Assembly: GCA_001643675.2 (NCBI GenBank)
Contig: LSRY02000032.1
Span: 868,001-932,000, forward strand
Source of the DNA: Monocercomonoides exilis PA203
Taxonomy: Eukaryota; Protista; Preaxostyla
Reading direction: 5' to 3'
DNA length: 64,000 nucleotides
Of the stretch, positions 9,978 to 21,722 are shown piece by piece. The notes under the pieces were generated by a model. It saw only the letters and a list, made by a program, of their open reading frames with translations. It was not told the origin of the DNA and did not search any database. The stretch's first letter is position 1; the number at the start of each line of letters is the position of its first letter. The translations under genes and the position numbers were made by a program.

Positions 9978-10805
9978 AAAGGTTGCTTGGAGTTTTTGAT
10001 GGCTGAATGGCTTAGACATTTATTCAAAGCGCTGCAAACGGAAGAAAATAATGAAGGCTTGGGGCATGCGAAAGAAAGTCTGTTTCTGAGTTGCTGCCAT
10101 GAACCTTGCAGCACGAATCCGGATTGCCGATCTGAGCTTTTGAGTAAATTTGCTCCTGGAATCAGCTTGCTTTTATACAAAATGCTTTTGCTGTGCGCAC
10201 GGATGCTAGCCATTCATATTTTTTGTTGGTGCTTATCATAAAAGGTGTTCAAATTCATCCGTTTATATAATTTTTGTTTTGCCTTGCAGCCAAAGGTCTC
10301 GTTTGCGTTTATTTGAAAATGCTTTTGTTTTTGAATGAAGATTTGCACGCAATGACTTTGTAACCTCGTTGACGCTCCTCCCTTCCATTTCACCCTCTTT
10401 TCATTTCACAACCAGTTTTATTCATTTGAATTTGCCAAATTTTTAGACTCCGCAATATTGGCAGCAACAGCGCAGAGTCGTTCAGATCAACAAAGCAGAC
10501 CTTGCAAAGCGGAACGTGAATAACAGAGAAAACAAGGATTCAACAACAGAATGAGTTAAAGAGTCGTAGCTACGTGATGTCGCTTGTGGACCGCAGAACC
10601 AATTCCGTATAATTCTTTATATTGCGTTTCAAACAGGCGACTATCTTGGAAAACACATTTTGACTGGCCAGTTGTTTTGTATTTGGCTAAATGAATAATA
10701 CTTTCTTTACGCAAAGTAATTATGGACACGAGAATTTTTCCGATTATGTCGAAGAAATTGAACAGAAATAACAGAATCGAACATATCTAATTGAAATTAA
10801 AATAC

Positions 10806-10842
<37 letters not shown>

Positions 10843-11504
10843 TCGCTTTTGTTGAGTTCTTATCAAAAACTGAAAAGTGTCTCAATTTTTATTGTCACTG
10901 TAAAAAATAATTTTTTATGGAAAGATACGCCCTTTATTGTTTTAAATGAGAATTTTGGTTATCGAATCAAAAAATTTGAAAACTCTTTTATATTTCTTTT
11001 CATTCAAAATTAGAACTTTTGAAATCCAGATAAAAATTGAGAGTAAACGTGTATGTTTTTGTTCAAATTCTCACAGAATATTTCAACCTCCATTTTTTCA
11101 CTTTTGAATCCGCATCAATTCAAAATTATCAATATCTTTTTGTGTGAATGAACAATTCTCAAAACTTTAAAATTCTTAGTGAATAATTTGAAAGCTTCAA
11201 AGATGACAAGAAGGTGGAGGATTTCATGATTGTTTAATAATTTTGAAAAACGTCACTTGAAAGAAATACCCTTTTCAATTGCAAGTTTTTTGTTTCTTTC
11301 TCAACATTTCTAATATTGTATTTATCATCTGCATTTTTTACAATTTCAAAGTATATTGAAGTGAAAGTGCAAAACGATAATTAATAACAAGATGATATAA
11401 ACAAAAAACAAGTTGCAACAAAATCAACGAAATCAGCATTCAATAATTCAACATTCAAAAACTTCAAAAATTTGAAAATCAGTTTTTACCTGTTCAATTG
11501 AACG

Positions 11505-13894
11505 CTACTTATCAACAATTTCATTCTGATCTTCATCTTTCACATGCTCACTCTTTTCAACATTATCTTCCGTAATTGATTCACCAGCCAAAATTTCCTT
11601 TGCTTCTTCATAACTTTCTCCACTTCTTTTTTTGTTTCTGTGCTTGTCCATCATTTCCAGCATCAATGCTTCAACATCTGACTCGTCCTCTTCTTCCTCA
11701 CTCATATTTTCATTTTCATTTGCCTCATCTTCCACAGCGTGAACAACTTCGTCCGTTTTAACAAGAGTATCCAAAGTCCTTTCTTCTTCACTCACAGGGA
11801 TTCTTTGTTGTGTGTCTTCTTCATTCTCTTCAAGATTATCTTCTGTTGCCGTTAAAGTATTATTTTGATTTTCCTGCTCTTTCTCCTCATCTCCATTTTC
11901 TTGATAACTGTTATTCATTTTCTCTTCTCTTTCCTTCTGCATCCTAAGCTCTTCTTCTTCTTCCACTCTCATTCTCTTCAACATTTCTTCCCTCTCTTTC
12001 TCCTCCTCCATTCTTCTCACCGCATCTTCAAACTTCTCCAGATCAACAAACACACCCTGCTCAACTATGTTCTCCTTCGCACCTCCAATAAACGCCTGCA
12101 AAAACTGTTTTCTCTTCGGCCTCGTCTTCCGCAGCCAAAGCTGAATAAGTGTGTGTATGCCATTCGCATCTTTGCATTTAACACAGATTTCTGCACCCGT
12201 CAAAAGCTCAATAACCAGAATTCCCATCTCTTCCTCATCATCGCTCTCATCTTCCTCGTTCTCTTCATTGTCAACGCTTTTATGATTTGTGTAGCCAGAT
12301 TCTTGAGATGCGCTATCCAACCTGCCATTTGCAGAAGATTTTGGCAAACTTCCTTCTCCTGCTGATTTTCCTTCGACCATTGGCGATGCTGACGATTGAG
12401 CTGAAGATTGAGCTCCAGCCGGCTTTTTCAAAAACAAAGACGCAAATGCATTTGGCTTTGCACTTTTTGGTTTCTTTTCGAATTCTGCAGCCACCAAAGG
12501 CTGATCTCCTGTTTCAGATGCACTTTCTTTTGCAAGTAATTCATCTGCTTGCTGTTCATTTCCATCAACTTCTTCATCAGCTTCGCTGCTCTTCATCTCC
12601 ACATTCTGTTCCGTCGTGTTCAAATTCTCTTCGAATTCACTTTGCTTGCACTCTTCGCTCTCTTTTGATTGCTCTTCTTTCACCTCCTCTTGAGAACATT
12701 CATTTCCTGCCTCGCTTCCTTCTTTCTTTTCTTGAGCAACGTCAGATTGCGCCATTTGCTGCTGCTGTTGCTGCCATTTCTTTTCCTTCTCTTTCTCCTC
12801 TTCTTCCATCTCTCTTTGAGATCCATATACTTTCACCCTGTCCACCATCATCCACGAAACACGCATCTGTGCAGCATCAGTCGCTGTGGTATAAACCGAA
12901 ATGCCTTTTGGGTTGATCGACAGCTTCCCAATGCCGTGCATCCATTCCTGTGCTTGCACACTCTCGCAGAACACAGGCACTTTGGCTGCTCCTTCTACAC
13001 GCAGAGTGCACAGGCTGGGCAAGTCGCAGCGCTGGAGGAGGATGGACAAGTGCAGTGGATGGACATCGCATGCTCTGGTGCTTTTGCTCAGAGTGCTGTT
13101 GGTGTCCAGAGGAGTGGCTAAGCTGTTCGGATCAATTGCTTCTGAGGCAGATGAGAAGCTTTCTGGAGGCGGAGAGGCAGAGATCAGCGATGAAGCATGT
13201 GTATCGTCAGTGTTTGTGGGTGTCATGACTTTCCCATTGCAGTTCTCTGCCTGAGCATCTGAGTGATCGGTGCTGTTATTCACAGAAGATGACTGAAGAA
13301 GATGGAGAGGAGAGGCAGAGGATGCTGATGAGCCGTCGACAGGAGGCAGTTGTGAAGAGGAGACTGTTGTGGGGTCGTCTTCTGAGCGAGAGAGGTGATG
13401 TGAATAGATGGTTGGTGTGGAAGGCGAGGAAACAGAGAAGGACGAGGAAGGAGACGAGGAGTGCTGCACAAAGCCGTAATGAGGTGTGGAAGAAGAAGAT
13501 GATAAGGCCGATGGATGTGATGAATGGAGGATTGTAATGCCGCTGTCAGATGCAGCTGAAAGAGGCGAGGACAGAAGCTGAGACTGAGATCGGGGGATGC
13601 ACAGCTCGTAGAGAAGGCGCTGTGCTGTGATGGGGGCATCGGGGGAGACATCCACACGCTGAGTGACTCTGATTGACTCAGAGCTGAACAGCGCAGCATG
13701 TGCCACTCCGTTCGCAAGGGATGAGTCCAGCTGGTTGTTTTCGACTTCGAATAGCTCCTTGGCAGCTGAAAAATGATAATATGAAAGGGAGAAAAAAGAT
13801 AACAATCAAAATAATGAAATAAAAAATTTGAGTAATTTATTAAAAGAAACCAGTGAATGTCGTTAAATATTCATGAAAAGATGAATCGAATTAT

Positions 13895-13934
<40 letters not shown>

Positions 13935-14880
13935 AATTGATCTGCAATTCAAACAAGCTTGGCACACATTTAATAACTCCGTTGATCTTCTCCACAAATT
14001 TCTTGTCCACATCATTCAGCGATCTCTCCAACTCCTCCAAATCCAGCTGATTCAACTCTTCTTCCCTCGAAAGCGGAAGTGCAACCTCATTTCCCGCCTC
14101 AATTTCTTCGTCTGCTTCGCTTTTCTCGTTTTCCTTCTTCTTCTTCTTCTTTCCCTTTCTGTGCCGCACCGCCTTCTTCTTCTTCTTCTTCTTCTTAGCC
14201 TGCTCCATCATCTGCCTCCGCTGAGCCTCGCCGTATTCCCTCCTCCGCTGCACAGCTTCCCTCACACTCGCCATCCTCTTCTGCTCTTTCTCCTCTTCTG
14301 TCATCTTTTCCTCATCCACATTCTCCACTTCTGCTTTCTCCCTCTCTTCATACTCTGGCCCTGTCCCATCAAACAGAGAGAATGGCGAAGGAGGATCACG
14401 CTTTGTCCGAAGGCGATGGCCAATGTACTGAAAATGAATAAAGAAAAATAAATAGATTGGGCAAAATGAAAGCAGAGAGAAAGAGAGGAAGAGAGGAAGA
14501 GAGGAAGAGAGGAAGAGAGGAAGAGAGGAAGAGAGGAAGAGAGGAAGAGAGGAAGAGAGGAAGAGAGGAAGAGAGGAAGAGAGGAAGAGAGGAAGAGAGG
14601 AAGAGAGGAAGAGAGGAAGAGAGGAAGAGAGGAAGAGAGGAAGAGAGGAAGAGAGGAAGAGAGGAAGAGAGAAAGAGAGAAAGAGAGAAAGAGAGAGAAA
14701 TCATATCACAATAAATAAAAAATACACAGAATAATCATTTTTAAGAAGAAATATTTGTGTGTGAACAAAAGAACAATGAAAAAGGCAAACACTTCCAGAG
14801 TTGATCCTCTTTGAATGAGGAGAAGAGGCAGCTGATGTTGTGTCTGGTACAAACTCCAAGTCAATGTACCCAGCAATTTC
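11505..14880 (-). CDS. Multi-exon hypothetical protein, acidic/coiled-coil and Ser-rich, possibly with a split PH/FERM-C-like fold; 5' end uncertain
   Basis: 766-aa ORF 11505-13805 plus coding-like upstream segments (~13950-14428 and ~14793-14880). These are separated by AT-rich or repeat-containing introns with AG acceptors. Confidence 0.6.
14483..14666. repeat. Tandem repeat (GAGAGGAA)x23 inside a ~225-bp pure purine tract, apparently intronic
   Basis: Read directly: perfect 8-bp units from 14483 to 14666, then degenerate GAGAGAAA units to ~14700. Confidence 0.95.
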
Positions 14881-15100
14881 TGTAAAAGGAACACATTTGA
14901 AATTAAATATTTGGTTTTTATGAAAGAAATTATCATAAAAAATTAAATGAAAGAATTAAAAGAAAAGAAAAGAAAAAATGGTAACATGTTAAAATTTTAT
15001 CTAAAAATTGATTTTTCACTAATAGCCAAAAGTCACAAAAAAACAGCTTGATGATAAAAAAACAGTCTTTCATTGAAATTTCACTTATTTTACTTTTTTT

Positions 15101-16807
15101 TTACACACTTTTATATTTCTTGTTATCTTTTGATTCTTCGCCTTCCGCTTTTTCGTTGCAGAGATCAGATGAACTCTGCACTTTTCCATCTGAAGACTGA
15201 TTTCCTTGTTCATTCATCATTTCTTTCCCATTTCTCTCCAGTGAAGAATCGTTCACAACTGAAGAAGATGAAAAATAGCTCTCATCTGTAAAGCCATCCT
15301 CCTTCTTCTCTTCTGCTCCTTCTCTTTCAATCTTCTCATTTCGAGACGCATCGCTTTCCTCTTCCTTCAGATTGCCTTCTCCGCCCTGCTCAGAATCCGC
15401 TTGAAGCAGCCCGCTGCTTCCAAATGTGTCGTCATCTTCTTTGTCCCACGGCGTCGCCATCTGCACATCGTCTACATCGCCAAAGATTTCTGACTCGTGT
15501 GGAATGGCAGAAGAAGTCGATGAAATCAACGATGCTTCCATTTCTGATTGATTAGGTGTGGAATGAGACGGATTCTGAGATAATTCATTTTCAGAAGAAG
15601 AAGAAGATTCAGCCATGCTGGCAGACGAAGCAGAAGCTGAAGGTGCTTCTGAAGATGCAGCGCTCGCAGAGCACGCAGTTGCCGAAGCAGAAGATGATGC
15701 TGACGTATCTTCCAAGTGCTGTTCCTCACTTTCACCTTCTTTTTCATTGAATGTGTTTCTCAATGGAGATATTTGAGAGCGAGGCGATCTGGGGCTTCGC
15801 GGTGAACGAGGCGATTGAAGTGGTCGAGGAGAATAAGGCGAACGCGGAGAACGAGGCGATCTGGGCGACAAGCTGCGCTTCCGCGAGCGATATTCTTCTT
15901 CTTCACCCTCATCAATTTCCTCTTCTTCTCCACATTCTTCAATAACCCTAATTTTATAACTTCCCTTATTTCTCTCTCTGCCTGTGCGAGGCTCTCCATA
16001 TATGTGACGCAGAAGATAACCTTCTCTCAGTTTTCCTTTTATAAGATGTCCTATTCTTTTTGCATCATCTCGCTCATAAGTTGAAAGAGCCGTTCCATCG
16101 ATTTTGGATAGAGTCGGAGAACTGAAAGCGACCAAGGCCATCAATCTATAAGCACGCTCTGATTTAGGGTGCGCCTTTGGTGGTTCATAAGATGTAATGG
16201 GATTATCTCGAAGGGACAATGTAGTGAGAGAAGGAAGATCATGAGCTCCTTTAAATGAAAAAATTGAATTCTGATCAAGATACAAATGCCTCAAATCGTT
16301 AAGCTCCGGAAGCCCTTCAAAGTCCCGAATTTTATTTCCCTGTAGGTATAATTCTGATAAGCCAGGTATTGGCTGCATTCCTTTAAATGAATTAAAACCA
16401 TTGTTTTGAGCAAAAATAGTTTCTGGAACGGCATCAATTGGAAATGAAAATCTATCTTCATCCGAATCTTTAACGACACCAGGTATTTTCGACATGTCCA
16501 TCAAATATGCTCCTCCTATGTTGTAAATTTTACTTCCAACAACAGGAGATGTAAGTGCAGTTAAAGGATTCTTCGTGCGCGATGGAGTCTTTGAAGGTGA
16601 TTGGTCAGGATTTTGCGTATTAGCACGAGATGTTGTTGATGCCAAATTATCCTGAGATTTTGTAGGTGTTGTCTTTAAATTGGATGAATTCTCTAATTGA
16701 TTTCCTGGCAATTGAAGAGGCTTTAGTTCTGGTTTTTGGGTCCTTGATGTTTCTGTTGGTGTTTTCAACCGTTCGCTTTGGGAATCTTGTTGTGAAACGG
16801 TTGACAT
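15101..16807 (-). CDS. Leucine-rich-repeat protein with SPR-repeat and acidic C-terminal regions
   Basis: 568-aa ORF. LRRs are LSELYLQGNKI, LRHLYLDQNSI and LTTLSLRDNPI, followed by an LRRcap-like YRLMAL...LSKIDG and repeated SPR. Confidence 0.85.
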   Translation of the reverse strand: MSTVSQQDSQSERLKTPTETSRTQKPELKPLQLPGNQLENSSNLKTTPTKSQDNLASTTSRANTQNPDQSPSKTPSRTKNPLTALTSPVVGSKIYNIGGAYLMDMSKIPGVVKDSDEDRFSFPIDAVPETIFAQNNGFNSFKGMQPIPGLSELYLQGNKIRDFEGLPELNDLRHLYLDQNSIFSFKGAHDLPSLTTLSLRDNPITSYEPPKAHPKSERAYRLMALVAFSSPTLSKIDGTALSTYERDDAKRIGHLIKGKLREGYLLRHIYGEPRTGRERNKGSYKIRVIEECGEEEEIDEGEEEEYRSRKRSLSPRSPRSPRSPYSPRPLQSPRSPRSPRSPRSQISPLRNTFNEKEGESEEQHLEDTSASSSASATACSASAASSEAPSASASSASMAESSSSSENELSQNPSHSTPNQSEMEASLISSTSSAIPHESEIFGDVDDVQMATPWDKEDDDTFGSSGLLQADSEQGGEGNLKEEESDASRNEKIEREGAEEKKEDGFTDESYFSSSSVVNDSSLERNGKEMMNEQGNQSSDGKVQSSSDLCNEKAEGEESKDNKKYKSV

Positions 16808-17020
16808 TAAATATTAAAAAACAATTATTGTTTGAGCAGTACCAAGAATGGGTTATGTAACGATCATAAAACAAAAATTCTATTAGCAAAATAAATAATG
16901 ATAATATAACATAAATAAAATGAAATTAAGACGGCGATGAAAGAAAAATGCTAAAAATTAAAAACTTAAAACAATTTCAAGTAAGCTTTTTTCGAACTTT
17001 TTGAAATGAAACTTTTTAAC

Positions 17021-17750
17021 TCATTGTCTTTGATTTTGAGATGGAGGTGGGATAACAGAAGTAAGAAACGGTGGAAGTGAATATTGTTGTGGGTATGGAG
17101 GCATTGGCAATGAATGAATGTTCATAGCAGCTTGATGCCCAGCTGCCATTTGAGGCTGGTGATAAAGCAGTTGCTGGTGTTGTGGTTGTGGTTGTGGCTG
17201 AGGCTTTGGAAGTTGCTGAGGAATTGTTTGAGGAATGATCTGCTGCTGCTGCTGTTGTTGTTGAGAATGCTGAATGACTGCTGACTGCTGAGGAGGAGAC
17301 AGCTGTGGTTGTGGCTGCGGCTGCATCTGAGAGGGCATCTGGTGCTGCATCTGTGACTGTGGCGGGAGGGATGAGTGGGCAGGGGGAGGGGGAGGCTGAG
17401 GCTGGGTGATGTGCATCGGAGACACTTGAGAAGGCAGCTGCTGCAAAAGCTGGGCAGGCAGCTGGTGCACAAACTGCGATTGAGACTGGGACTGAGGTTG
17501 AGGCTGAGGCTGAGGCTGAGGTTGTGCTTGAGGTTGTATTTGAGGTTGAGGTTGAGATAAAGCCTGTTGTTGCTGTTGCTGCTGCTGCTGAGGAGAATGA
17601 AGTGGCTGAGGCTGCTGCATCTGCTGTTGTGATTGTGGTTGTTGTTGTGCCTGAGAAGGTGTCTGTGACTGGTTTTGCGCCATCGACTGTGGCGGAAGCT
17701 GTGGCTGTGACATGTTTTGCAGTTGGTTCTGCTGTTGAGCTGGCAAAGAT

Positions 17751-17782
<32 letters not shown>

Positions 17783-19589
17783 TTGTTGCAGCTGCTTCTG
17801 CATCAGCTGTGCCTGGTGTGTCTGAATCCTCTGCTTCAGCACAAGCTCCACTTGGTGTGTGTATGCCAATGTGTTTGGCGATAGAAGAGGTTCGTCCTTT
17901 TGCGTGGCCTGGTTGTGGAAGGTGAGGTTCTCAAAGTGGGGGAATGGCATCTCTTCTCTCACTATTTGCGCCCATGACCTGAACAGGGCATTGACATAGT
18001 GAATGGAAAAAATTACGTATTTAACATGATAAAATTTTGAATGAAAAGGTTATAATTTTCAAAGGAGAAGGGAATAAGTGAATGAAATATTTTTCAATCA
18101 AAAATAAAAACAAAAACAAAAATAAATAAAACGGCTTATAAAAAATACATCGCATAATGGTCAACCACAAAATCCTCATCCAAAAATAAAATAAAATATA
18201 AAATAAAATAAAAACATTCAAAGCAGAATTAGCTGTTCATGCATACTCATTGTCGCTGTACAAGAAAAAAAAGCATTTTGCAATATGTCTCACGATTCTT
18301 TCATCTTCTGGGTTAGGTTTTCTACTTGACTGTTTCAGAAGTATGTTAAACTGTTTCAGAAGCTCGACCAAAGTTTGCACAATCATCTTCATCATATCAG
18401 GAATAGCTCGTATTCTGCCCATACTTTGCTTGTTACACAGAAGATTATATAGAACGAGCACCCCATACTTCAAATACGTTATTGTTCATCCACCAAAACA
18501 ATTGGAAATTTCGTATTGATGAAAGTTCTTTCTGTTAAAAATTAATAACATCATACCATTTTTGAACGATGTGTGTCATTTTTGATAATTCTGCAGCAAA
18601 TTTTCACTATTTCATTTTCTATCAAAAATGAATGAATAAAATCATCCTGTTTCTGAAACCCGTGAATGGTATTGAAAGCGAATCGGTTGCAAAGTTGTTA
18701 ATTAATTTATCATAAATGCACAAAAAAACGAACATTATATAATTTTTGTTTTATTTCTTTCATTTATAAAAAAAAAGCATACATTCGCAAGCAGGGCAAA
18801 AGTGCAAATAGCTGTTAAACGAATTGCTTGAACTTCTGGAGATTGATGAGAAGATCGTAAATACGGTATTAAAAGTAATGGAATCTTGGCTAAAACATCA
18901 TGAAATAAATTCAGAAAATCAACAAAACAAATGTTTATTTAAAAATAAATCTATGAAGATAAACATTGAAGTAACGGAATGCATGTCTCTGCGTTTGTTG
19001 CAATTGCATGAAGAATCATAATAGAATTCAGAATTGATTTATTTTGCCTGAGCAAAGTTGAAAGCATATATATTAATTAAAACTTGATAAAATGATAACA
19101 TCTGCATACTCCGGCGTAATAGTTGGTGGGTCAATAAGTGTATAAGCTCCTACGATCTCCTGCACAATTATTGCCATTGTGCCTGCTGAATACCAAAACA
19201 ATGGTCCGATATACTTATCGTAAGGAGGCGCTTCTATAAGCTTAAAACGAATGTTTGCGTTATTAACAGCTCATAAATATCAAATAATTTAAAAATCAAA
19301 ATACTTTTGAAAGTTCGTCGAGGGCATCAGCTTTTTTATCTGGAAGTGATAATTCTGCAACAAGTCTTGAAAGTCGAGGAGGAATAATATCTGGAGCAGT
19401 GCTGCGAAAAGAGTATCCTGTTTGTGTTGCAGACTCCTCGAGTTGTTTATAAATAAATTGTGTCGGATGAATAATAGGCAACTGAAAATTATGCTCTTCA
19501 AATGTTGAAGTGAACATTCTGTGAAGCGGTAATATTGCATCTGCTTGCTTGAAATACTGTGGGAGTGATAAAGTCTGAGGCTCATTCAT
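17021..19589 (-). CDS. CNOT9: CCR4-NOT subunit Rcd1/CNOT9/Caf40-like protein, multi-exon, with a long Gln/Pro-rich C-terminal extension
   Basis: Exons translate to LVAELSLPDKKADALDELSK, PLFWYSAGTMAIIVQEIVGAYTLIDPPTIT, AKIPLLLIPYL...IRLTAICTFALL and IVRHIAKCFFFLYSDNE. This matches the order of Rcd1 ARM-repeat motifs. Last exon is the 313-aa polyQ/P ORF. Confidence 0.8.
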
Positions 19590-19997
19590 CGAACCGTTCA
19601 CTAGACGCAAATAATTAACTTTTTTGAAAAGAAATACCTTTTGGCTGTTGCGATCGAAAAAATAATAAAAGTCTCGAATGAAAACTCAAATAAATCGCAT
19701 CAATTAATAAAACTAATAATTTCACAATTATAGGAAAACCTTTTCCTTATATTCATTTTTTTTTGGGTATATTTGCAGAATAACAAGAAATCTTTTATTG
19801 AGAGGAACATTAAAAAATTTTTTTAAATGAAAATAGAAAAAAAAAATCGAGAATATTTTATTATATGCTTTTTAAGAATTCTCAGATTTTAAAATGTTTT
19901 TTAACAAGTCAAATTTTTGTATATTAGAAAAAAAATTGATGTTGATGAATTTGATCTTTTGAAAACGATATGCAATTTTTTCTTTCAGTTTGTAACT

Positions 19998-19998
<1 letters not shown>

Positions 19999-20094
<96 letters not shown>
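19999..20094. repeat. (TAA)32 microsatellite
   Basis: Read directly. Confidence 0.95.
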
Positions 20095-20096
<2 letters not shown>

Positions 20097-20599
20097 CCTG
20101 AATTGTTAATTGCATAATAGAAAATAAGTTGTATGTTTAAAACATCAATTCAATCTTTTGATGAAAATTGAAAATTTTATCAAAAGTCAGGTTTTCAAAA
20201 CTATATAACACTGCGAATAAAATTTTGTTTATGAATTGATGTGATGAATGCAAATATTCAACTGTGTAATTTACTGTTAATTAATATTAGAAATGAAATT
20301 TTTTATTTATTCATATGGTATTCACTCGAGAAAATCCTCATAAGTTTCATAAAATGCAATTTTCATTTATTCCAAATTGAATTGATTGAAGCTCAGCAAT
20401 AAGTCACAATTCTGGGTACAAGGATCATCAAGAAAAATCATGAAAAATGTGTTTTTTTGTTTGTTTCCTTTTTTATCACTTTCAATCATGTCACAAATTC
20501 CATTATTCAAAGTTTTGAAAAAAGTGGAAAAAAGAAATGCAATTTACAATTATTTTTAAGAAGATAAAAAAGAAGAGAAATCAATCATGGATGTTGCTT

Positions 20600-21236
20600 G
20601 TCAAAATTTTATCGACCCATCTTTTGAGTTCAATCGCCTGACAGTATTTGTACGAACCCAATTTAATATGTTGATTCGATTGCTTTCTCTGTGAGATTAT
20701 CCACAAAGAGGTCGTGCTTAATCTATCAACTCGTTTGATGAACAGCTTTTCTTTTTTCTGGATTTCATTCATCATGGATCTTGCAATTTGACACATTTGC
20801 TGACATAAGCTAAACAAGATTCACAATCTTCGACAATTCGCCTTCTCCATTCAACTATTTCGATTGTCAAAAATCAACTAGCTCACTAATTTCTATCTTA
20901 TCATCCTTACACAATTACTGGTTATAAAGAAGCTGGTATTATTGTTGATTGTTCAGTCTTACCAATCAATCGTCCGGCGGGTAAGTTAGAGTGCGGAAAG
21001 AAATATTTATCTGGAAAATATCATATTTATTGCGAAAAGGTGGAGGAAGGAGTGAATACTAAAACTGGAACAGCCAGTACAATTAGCTCCATATATATTC
21101 AGGTTCAACACAAATAATTAATTTTTTGAGAATCATTATTCTTCGTTTCAAACACAACTTGAAGGTGCTTATATATTCGCAGATTAGCTGATATCGGAGC
21201 ACAGCCCGAATAAGGAACAATTAACACAAAACAAGT
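20600..21236 (+). pseudogene. Degenerate PIF/Harbinger-ISL2EU-type (DDE_Tnp_4-like) transposase, interrupted by a MITE
   Basis: ~20935-21100 translates GIIVDCSVLPINRPAGKLECGKKYLSGKYHIYCEKVE..., which parallels the 38-kb copy. Stops and frameshifts are present. Boundaries approximate. Confidence 0.65.
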
Positions 21237-21476
21237 GTGTAATTCTTTTTGAAAAGTCGCAAATGTTTAATTTTCAAATATATCAAAAATTTCATATTTT
21301 GCTCAAATTTCTGTTTCTACTCACTAATCTTCTTTCGAATGAATGAAATAGCATTGTCCAGAAAAAGATTTCATATTAGAGAAGTTTGGTGTTCGCGGAC
21401 AAATATTTCATAAAAATATGAATATTTTTCTTTATTTGAAAATTAAACATTTGTGACTTTTCAAAAAGAATTTCCC
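21237..21476. mobile_element. 240-bp palindromic MITE, divergent copy
   Basis: TIRs AATTCTTTTTGAAAAGTC...GACTTTTCAAAAAGAATT. Same length and internal layout as the other copies. Extreme termini and TSD are decayed. Confidence 0.75.
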
Positions 21477-21722
21477 AAATCGAAACTCCTAAGATGGCTT
21501 TTCTCAGATTTATTTTTCAGCGATTTTTTTGTCGACTCAAAGATTAATTAACTGTTTTTGGCATAAACAAACAAAAAGTGTACCAAAATTTTTCTTTAAA
21601 TAATACAACGGTAGTTCTGTTTTATGATACTGTTAAAATTCATTTCGTAACATCTTGCGAAAAGTGATGTGCATGAAAAAAATTAAAAAATATTTTGACA
21701 AAAAATTTATAAAAAATATTAT

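Noticed and set aside
14483-14666. CRISPR array, or the 85-102 aa ORFs over the repeat
   Set aside because: Spacerless 8-bp tandem repeat. The ORFs are artefacts of a stop-free repeat.
19917-20117. Poly-Ile / poly-Leu ORFs
   Set aside because: Translations of the (TAA)n microsatellite.
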